Below, piece by piece: positions 58,819 to 64,000 of a stretch of DNA of 64,000 nt (position 1 is the first letter of the stretch; the number at the start of each line of letters is the position of its first letter). Origin of the DNA: Clostridia bacterium. Lineage in GTDB: Bacteria > Bacillota > Clostridia > Acetivibrionales > STF1-152. The notes under the pieces were generated by a model. It made no database searches. It had not been told where the DNA came from and saw nothing but the letters and a program-made list of their open reading frames with translations. The stretch is from the NCBI GenBank assembly GCA_028280575.1, contig JANQLN010000127.1, forward strand, positions 27,313 to 91,312, in the 5' to 3' direction. Position numbers and translations under genes: made by a program.

Positions 58819-59865
58819 TTAAAATGAAATTTCTCTTCCAAGCCTTGCAGAATCGTAGATTCCGTTTAGCATCTTCTGTACCTGGTAGCCGTCTTCAACA
58901 GGGCAGATAGGCTCTTTACCCTCTCTCAGGCATTTGATAAAGTGCCCGGTCTGATTTTCAAAGGCATTCTCCTCATATACAAAGGGAGTACTGTCCATAA
59001 GATAGTTTTCCTCTTCACCGTATATCTCCAGCGGATTAATTCTGGCACCGGCTTTTGAACCATATATTTGTGAATAAAAATTTGTATTTTTTGAGTTTAT
59101 TGCCCAGCTCACGTCAAATGTCATGGATGCACCATTTTCAAATCTTATAAGACCTGCTGCGGAATCTTCGGTTTCAAATACAATGTCCTCCGCATCAAGT
59201 GCAACCCACCGTCCTATGCCCTTTGTCTTATAATTGCCAATCTTGTCATAAGTTACGGCACTTACACTTACAGGCTTTGGTCTGCCCATAAAATACCAGG
59301 TTAAATCAATTGCATGCACTCCAATATCAATTACAGGTCCCCCGCCCGATTTAGCAAGGTTTGTAAACCACCCAAGAGGAGTCCCCCTTCTTCTCATCCA
59401 TGCACACTTGCCATAATATACCTCTCCAAACTTTCCCGCATCCTTCAGATCTGCTATTACCTTACTATCGGCACGGAATCTGTTAACAAATCCCATCATG
59501 AAAGTAACACCGTTTTCCTTAACTGCTTTTAACATGGATTCGGCTTCTGCTACATTCATAGCCATAGGCTTTTCACAGAGTATATGCTTGCCGGCATTTG
59601 CAGCCGCAAGTGTGGCTGATTCATGTACGCTGTTGCCCGTACAAATGCTGACCGCATCAACTTCGTCAAGCAAAACAAGCTCATTAAAATCTTTAACCAC
59701 CTGCTCAATTCCATGCTTTTGGGCCACATCCCTTGCCCTTTCAAGATTGATATCGCTAATGGCTGTGACTGCCACATTGTCCTGCTTCAAAAAAGCAGGT
59801 ATATGGGCATTCTGGGCTATATTACCGGCACCTATTATACCAATTCCTATTTTCCCTTTGTTCAT
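58819..59865 (-). CDS. Gfo/Idh/MocA-family NAD(P)-dependent oxidoreductase
   Basis: 348 aa with an N-terminal Rossmann motif IGIIGAGNIAQNAHIPA and the EKP motif (CEKPMA). Confidence 0.9.
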   Translation of the reverse strand: MNKGKIGIGIIGAGNIAQNAHIPAFLKQDNVAVTAISDINLERARDVAQKHGIEQVVKDFNELVLLDEVDAVSICTGNSVHESATLAAANAGKHILCEKPMAMNVAEAESMLKAVKENGVTFMMGFVNRFRADSKVIADLKDAGKFGEVYYGKCAWMRRRGTPLGWFTNLAKSGGGPVIDIGVHAIDLTWYFMGRPKPVSVSAVTYDKIGNYKTKGIGRWVALDAEDIVFETEDSAAGLIRFENGASMTFDVSWAINSKNTNFYSQIYGSKAGARINPLEIYGEEENYLMDSTPFVYEENAFENQTGHFIKCLREGKEPICPVEDGYQVQKMLNGIYDSARLGREISF

Positions 59866-59880
59866 AACTTCCCACCTTCC

Positions 59881-60627
59881 CTATAAAATAGATCTTAAAT
59901 ATTCGTAGCCTTCGGCAACACTTTGCAAATAAGGTTTATCAAAAGCTTCCTGTTCAATTATATACCATTTTGTACCGTATTTCTTAGCCAATTTTACAAT
60001 TGCCCCAAAATCCATTACTCCATTTCCTATCTCAGTGCTTTTTTTATCTTCAAAGCTCTTAAGCTCTTTGATATGTATAAGCTCCAGGCGGTTATTATAT
60101 TTTTCCATGTAATCCACTGATTTTAAACCGGCATATTCAACCCAGTATGTATCAATTTCAAAAAGTACCAGATCGGAACAGGTATTTTCTCCAAGTATGT
60201 CATAACCATATTTCCCATCAAATTTTTCAAATTCAAAATTATGGTTGTGATATCCAAATTTCATCCCGTTATCCTTACATTTACTTCCTAATTCATTAAA
60301 AAGCTCCCCTGTCCTTTTCCATGCGTCTGCGCTGTTTCTCATTTCAGGAGGTAATGCAGGGCATATTATATATTCATTCCCGATTACCCTGTTGTATTCA
60401 ATAACCTCATCAATATCTCCTGTAAGAAGGTCAATACTGGTATGGCTTCCGCATGCACAGAGGCCCAGATCATCCAGTACCTTTTTCAAATCCCGGGCAG
60501 GCGTATCATAAAAGCCCGCAAATTCAACACCGTCGTACCCGATATCCGATACCTTTTTTAGTGTTCCTGCAAAATCTTCTCCGCACAATTCCTTTACAGA
60601 CCATAATTGCAGCCCTATCTTTTCCAT
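59881..60627 (-). CDS. Sugar phosphate isomerase/epimerase (TIM barrel)
   Basis: The start MEKIGLQLWSV is preceded by GAGGGAG. The xylose isomerase-like TIM-barrel pattern is present (YDGVEFAG…, GYHNH, HIKE, EQE). Confidence 0.85.
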   Translation of the reverse strand: MEKIGLQLWSVKELCGEDFAGTLKKVSDIGYDGVEFAGFYDTPARDLKKVLDDLGLCACGSHTSIDLLTGDIDEVIEYNRVIGNEYIICPALPPEMRNSADAWKRTGELFNELGSKCKDNGMKFGYHNHNFEFEKFDGKYGYDILGENTCSDLVLFEIDTYWVEYAGLKSVDYMEKYNNRLELIHIKELKSFEDKKSTEIGNGVMDFGAIVKLAKKYGTKWYIIEQEAFDKPYLQSVAEGYEYLRSIL

Positions 60628-60801
60628 ATCACATACACTCCCTCTGTTTTTAGCCTTAAACACGTCAAAATATAAATACCTTTTTAATAATCTACCACAT
60701 TCAGCTTTTTTAAGATATAATATTATTTACAAATAATATAACAAATTTGCGATTACTGTTATAATTGCTTAAACCATATTTTTGCAATTGAGGTGCAAAA
60801 C

Positions 60802-61692
60802 ATGCAGACACCATATTTTGAAGATTTAAAAATAAAATCACCCTTATATCCATTTTCTTTTTTTATTACCTGCAATAAAAACGGAAGGATAAAAATCAAT
60901 CCCCACTGGCACAACCATATAGAGCTGCTCTATTTTGTATCGGGGCAGGCAGACCTTTATGTAGGCGGAGAAAATTTTACGGCAAAAGCCAAAGACATGG
61001 TTTTAATAAACGCTTGTGAAGTACATAAGATAGTATCAACAGGTGATGCCGAAACCAGGTATATAGTTCTCCAGTTCGACCCCGAAATACTCCATATCAG
61101 CAAAACAGTTTTTGAGCTTAAATATGTTTTTCCATTTACACATAACAACTCTGCCCATCAAAAAATTTTTCCTGCAAAAAATCTTAAGGACACCTCAGTT
61201 CCATCTATCATTCAAAGCATGTATGATGAATACGATGCTCAAAATTATGGTTTTGAATTGGCTGTGCAGACAGGCATATGCAGTGTTATGCTGTGGATAT
61301 TAAGAAGCTGGAAAAATGCGGGGAAACAATTGGATACAGAAGCTCTAAACAGGGAAAAGGATATAAACAGGTTCACAAAATTACTTGACTATGTGGATTT
61401 GAATTTTCATGAACAGGTTTCACTGGACACAGCAGCAAAAATGTGCAATCTCAGCTACTGTTATTTTTCAAGGCAGTTTAAAAAAATTATGGGTAAAAGC
61501 TTTACCGAATACTTGAATTTTATAAGGATACGGGAGTCTGAAAAGCTGCTTGCAGCTTCGGAAAAGGATATTACCGAAACGGCCCTGACTACGGGATTTT
61601 CCAACTCCAGTTATTTTATAAAACAATTTAAAAGATATAAAGGAATTTCTCCAAAAAAATTCAAGGACAGGATTTCAAGGCAGCAAATATGA
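60802..61692 (+). CDS. AraC-family transcriptional regulator (cupin + HTH)
   Basis: It has a cupin N-domain (HWHNHIELLYF) and a C-terminal AraC HTH (GFSNSSYFIKQFKRYKGISP). It is divergent from the isomerase/oxidoreductase pair. Confidence 0.85.
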   Translation: MQTPYFEDLKIKSPLYPFSFFITCNKNGRIKINPHWHNHIELLYFVSGQADLYVGGENFTAKAKDMVLINACEVHKIVSTGDAETRYIVLQFDPEILHISKTVFELKYVFPFTHNNSAHQKIFPAKNLKDTSVPSIIQSMYDEYDAQNYGFELAVQTGICSVMLWILRSWKNAGKQLDTEALNREKDINRFTKLLDYVDLNFHEQVSLDTAAKMCNLSYCYFSRQFKKIMGKSFTEYLNFIRIRESEKLLAASEKDITETALTTGFSNSSYFIKQFKRYKGISPKKFKDRISRQQI

Positions 61693-61796
61693 TTTTTCCG
61701 TATTTTTAAGAATTACCCGGATAAATCATTATCATTTCCAGGCCCCGGTGTATATTATGGTATTGAAACCATTTATTTTAGGGGGAAGGAATCAGT

Positions 61797-62780
61797 TTGT
61801 ACAGTGAGAATTATTTAAACAGGACCTTGCAGGAGGAAGGCAGCAGCCAGCTGTTATTAAGCTTTGAAAAACTGGCAAAATTTAATAGGAGAAAGGCTGT
61901 CGAAATACTTAACGACGAAAGCTTAAATTTTTCGACTTTATATTTGCTCAGATCCAAAATTAAAAAATACAGGCTTGCTTCCACATTACATAACAGGAAC
62001 AAAAATGCTCTCACTTTTATAGATAAGGCGGTATCAAAAAAAAATATCAAAACAAAATACTTGCTGACTGCTAACAGCTTAAAAAACCATGGACTGCTTA
62101 AATGGATGCTGGAATCAGGAAGCAGGCAGGACGGTCTTGATGATGCCTTTGACGAAATTATTGATATCACAAGCCTTATATTGGTTAAGCAATTCAAGGA
62201 TAAATCCGTAATACCTGCAATTATCAGGACTATTTACAACCGCCGCAGGAAAGGCATGTTCATGCAAGACCTTGCCTGGACACTTTTTGAGTACAAGGAC
62301 CCGGATATTCTTAAGGACATAGCCTTTAGATTATGCTCTGCAGATCCAAAAGATGTTAAGCTGTCAAGAGAATTGATAAGCTACCTCCCATGCATAAGGC
62401 TAAGCAGTGGATTGCCCGGCTTTAGCCAGTATAACATTTTTTTATCCTGGTTTGAGGAAAACCGCCCTTTCATTTATTATACGGGAGAAAGCTTCCAGCA
62501 AAAAGCTAATCCCATGCCTTACAAGGTTTCATATGAAGCAAAATACCTATGCAAGCCTGTTTATGCAGATTCAGACAAGCATTTCAAACCTTCCGCTAAA
62601 CCGGAAGAAGAGCTTTTGAAAAGCTTTGGAAAGCTGGATGCCAATTCTCAAATTCTGCTTTCCAACTATTCATACCGCCTTTTCAGGCAAAACCCATATG
62701 CATGGAATACCTGGAGGAGCTACCCCCTGGGGGAACAAACCAGGATAGCCGGCGGCATGGGAGGTATTATGCCATGGTGA
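61797..62780 (+). CDS. Hypothetical protein, translationally coupled to tgl
   Basis: 327 aa with a TTG start after GGGGGAAGGA. I recognise no motif. Its stop overlaps the tgl start (ATGGTGA). Confidence 0.6.
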   Translation: MYSENYLNRTLQEEGSSQLLLSFEKLAKFNRRKAVEILNDESLNFSTLYLLRSKIKKYRLASTLHNRNKNALTFIDKAVSKKNIKTKYLLTANSLKNHGLLKWMLESGSRQDGLDDAFDEIIDITSLILVKQFKDKSVIPAIIRTIYNRRRKGMFMQDLAWTLFEYKDPDILKDIAFRLCSADPKDVKLSRELISYLPCIRLSSGLPGFSQYNIFLSWFEENRPFIYYTGESFQQKANPMPYKVSYEAKYLCKPVYADSDKHFKPSAKPEEELLKSFGKLDANSQILLSNYSYRLFRQNPYAWNTWRSYPLGEQTRIAGGMGGIMPW

Positions 62781-63532
62781 TAGTATCAGGAAGCATACAG
62801 GATTATAATGTAATTTCAAGCCAATATACTCCGGACAGTATTCAAATGAAAGCTTATAAAATATTGTCCTCCAGTGAAAGGGCTTATGCCTATGACTCAT
62901 TTGAACAGCTTGATTTTGAGCTGGGCATGCGTTCAAACACGGTAAAAGCCTCTATTGATCTTGACCGGAGCAGCTTTTCTTTCAGGGTTTTCAGAAAATC
63001 ATACTGCAATCCGGTCTTTTGGGAACGTACAAATGAAGGCGGCTTCCGGTTAAAAGAAAATGCGGTGCCCTCCGATGCCATAAACGACATTTATAAAAAC
63101 AGCTCAAAGTATGGCACCGAATGTGCTACCGCTATGGTTATTGTTTTTTACAAAGGGCTTCTTGATACATATCCTGAAGTGCTCTTCAACGAATTATTCA
63201 AAAGCATTTATTTAATGGACTGGCAGCAGCTTGACGCCAATATTGACATAAACAGCTATATTGATGTAATTGATTACCTGCCCGGTGACTGCAGGTATTT
63301 TAAAAATCCTGATGTCGACCCTGTTACACCCGAGTGGCAGGGTGAAAATGTCATTGACTTAAGTGACGGATACTACTATGGGCATGGAATAGGCATAGGC
63401 ACAAGGGAAAAAATGATCAGGGTATTGAATGAATACAGGAAGGCAGGTTCAACAACTACTGCATACCTTTTGGATATGGCAACGCGCCCAAATTACATGC
63501 AGCTGTTTTATCTTAAGGCCTACAGCATATAG
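62774..63532 (+). CDS. tgl: Protein-glutamine gamma-glutamyltransferase (spore coat transglutaminase Tgl)
   Basis: The N-terminal MVIVSGS, plus YGTECATAMVIVFYKGLLD, DCRYFKNPDVDP and WQGENVIDL…YYGHGIGI, align with Bacillus subtilis Tgl (MIIVSGQ…, FECATAIVIIYY, DCLYFKNPEFDP, WRGENVILL…FAHGLGI). The start is moved to 62774 (RBS GGGAGG). Confidence 0.9.
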   Translation: MVIVSGSIQDYNVISSQYTPDSIQMKAYKILSSSERAYAYDSFEQLDFELGMRSNTVKASIDLDRSSFSFRVFRKSYCNPVFWERTNEGGFRLKENAVPSDAINDIYKNSSKYGTECATAMVIVFYKGLLDTYPEVLFNELFKSIYLMDWQQLDANIDINSYIDVIDYLPGDCRYFKNPDVDPVTPEWQGENVIDLSDGYYYGHGIGIGTREKMIRVLNEYRKAGSTTTAYLLDMATRPNYMQLFYLKAYSI

Positions 63533-63546
63533 ATAAGGAAACTCTT

Positions 63547-64000
63547 TTAACCGGAGCCTTTTAAAAAGTGTGTGATATGCTTTAGAATATTCATTTCGGT
63601 TTTATAGGCCAGCTGCTTTACAGCGGGCAGCTTGAGAATTGACAGCATTTTGTCGTAAGCTTTATTGTCAAGCCTATTGAACCGTTTCCTTATATCCAGA
63701 GTCCATGTGTTTCTCCTGGCAATAATATCAATAAGCTTCTCATAATCCAGATTGCATGCTATGGACCTTGCCGCCATTGCGCCTGTTATCAATGCGCTCA
63801 TCAGGCCGAAGCCTAAAAGAGGGTCTAATCCGCCTCCCGCATTACCTACAAGATATATGTTTTCATAAATACGGGGATATACCTGGCCGCTTTTATGTTC
63901 GATTATAAAATCGTCGGAAAAAGTATAATTCAAATTTTCCCCGGCTAAAAATGCATTCCAAAAATAATCCATATCCTTTTTTTCCACATTGTTTACTACC
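63547..64000 (-). CDS. FAD-dependent oxidoreductase (geranylgeranyl reductase-like), N-terminus beyond window end
   Basis: The C-terminal part includes VGNAGGGLDPLLGFGLMSALITG (the FAD-binding GD-type motif). The frame remains open to position 64000. Confidence 0.7.
   Translation of the reverse strand, partial: VVNNVEKKDMDYFWNAFLAGENLNYTFSDDFIIEHKSGQVYPRIYENIYLVGNAGGGLDPLLGFGLMSALITGAMAARSIACNLDYEKLIDIIARRNTWTLDIRKRFNRLDNKAYDKMLSILKLPAVKQLAYKTEMNILKHITHFLKGSG

Noticed and set aside
1-64000. Search for CRISPR arrays, tRNA/rRNA genes, transposases, integrases, phage structural genes and toxin-antitoxin pairs
   Set aside because: I noticed no regularly spaced direct repeats, no cloverleaf-like GC-rich ~75-nt segments, and no ORFs with DDE/tyrosine-recombinase/terminase-like motifs. 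The only repeats are the znuA coding repeats, the KG hexanucleotide tract and the 164-bp palindrome.

Overview
Low-GC Firmicutes (Clostridia-like) chromosomal segment with dense coding and no rRNA, tRNA, CRISPR, transposase or integrase that I could find. About half of the window is carbohydrate uptake and catabolism. This includes a truncated LacI regulator, TIM-barrel sugar-phosphate isomerases, a GH42 beta-galactosidase with its AraC regulator, and a CUT1 sugar ABC transporter next to a YesM/YesN-type two-component system. It also includes an LplABC-type transporter flanked by a membrane-anchored AraC regulator, a DUF4091 protein, a beta-propeller glycosidase and a DUF362 protein. A PfkB kinase and a Gfo/Idh/MocA + isomerase + AraC unit complete this set. 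Housekeeping and accessory singletons include a NatAB-like ABC exporter, GNAT, thioesterase, a YtrA-type GntR + ABC module, a znuACB-zur operon, a CAP-domain protein and the spore-coat transglutaminase tgl. The most striking block is a roughly 15.5 kb minus-strand type IV pilus locus (36734-52218). Its order is pilB-pilT-pilM-pilC-pilA-minor pilin-pilN-pilO-like-minor pilin. It is followed, apparently in the same transcription unit, by three large uncharacterised genes: a 777-aa Glu5-less pilin-like protein, a 435-aa lipoprotein, and an 812-aa secreted vWA/Big_2 protein. No prepilin peptidase is present in the window. I consider this distal module the best candidate for an undescribed pilus tip or adhesin system. 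Other notable items are an endonuclease Q-like PHP domain fused to a UvrD helicase (1115 aa) and a ZnuA with a 139-residue His/Cys-rich tandem-repeat loop. There is also a 164-bp imperfect palindrome inside an ABC operon, a PilB with a duplicated MshEN-like N-domain, and an unknown gene translationally coupled to tgl. All calls rest on reading the translated ORFs and the DNA by eye; no database search was run.
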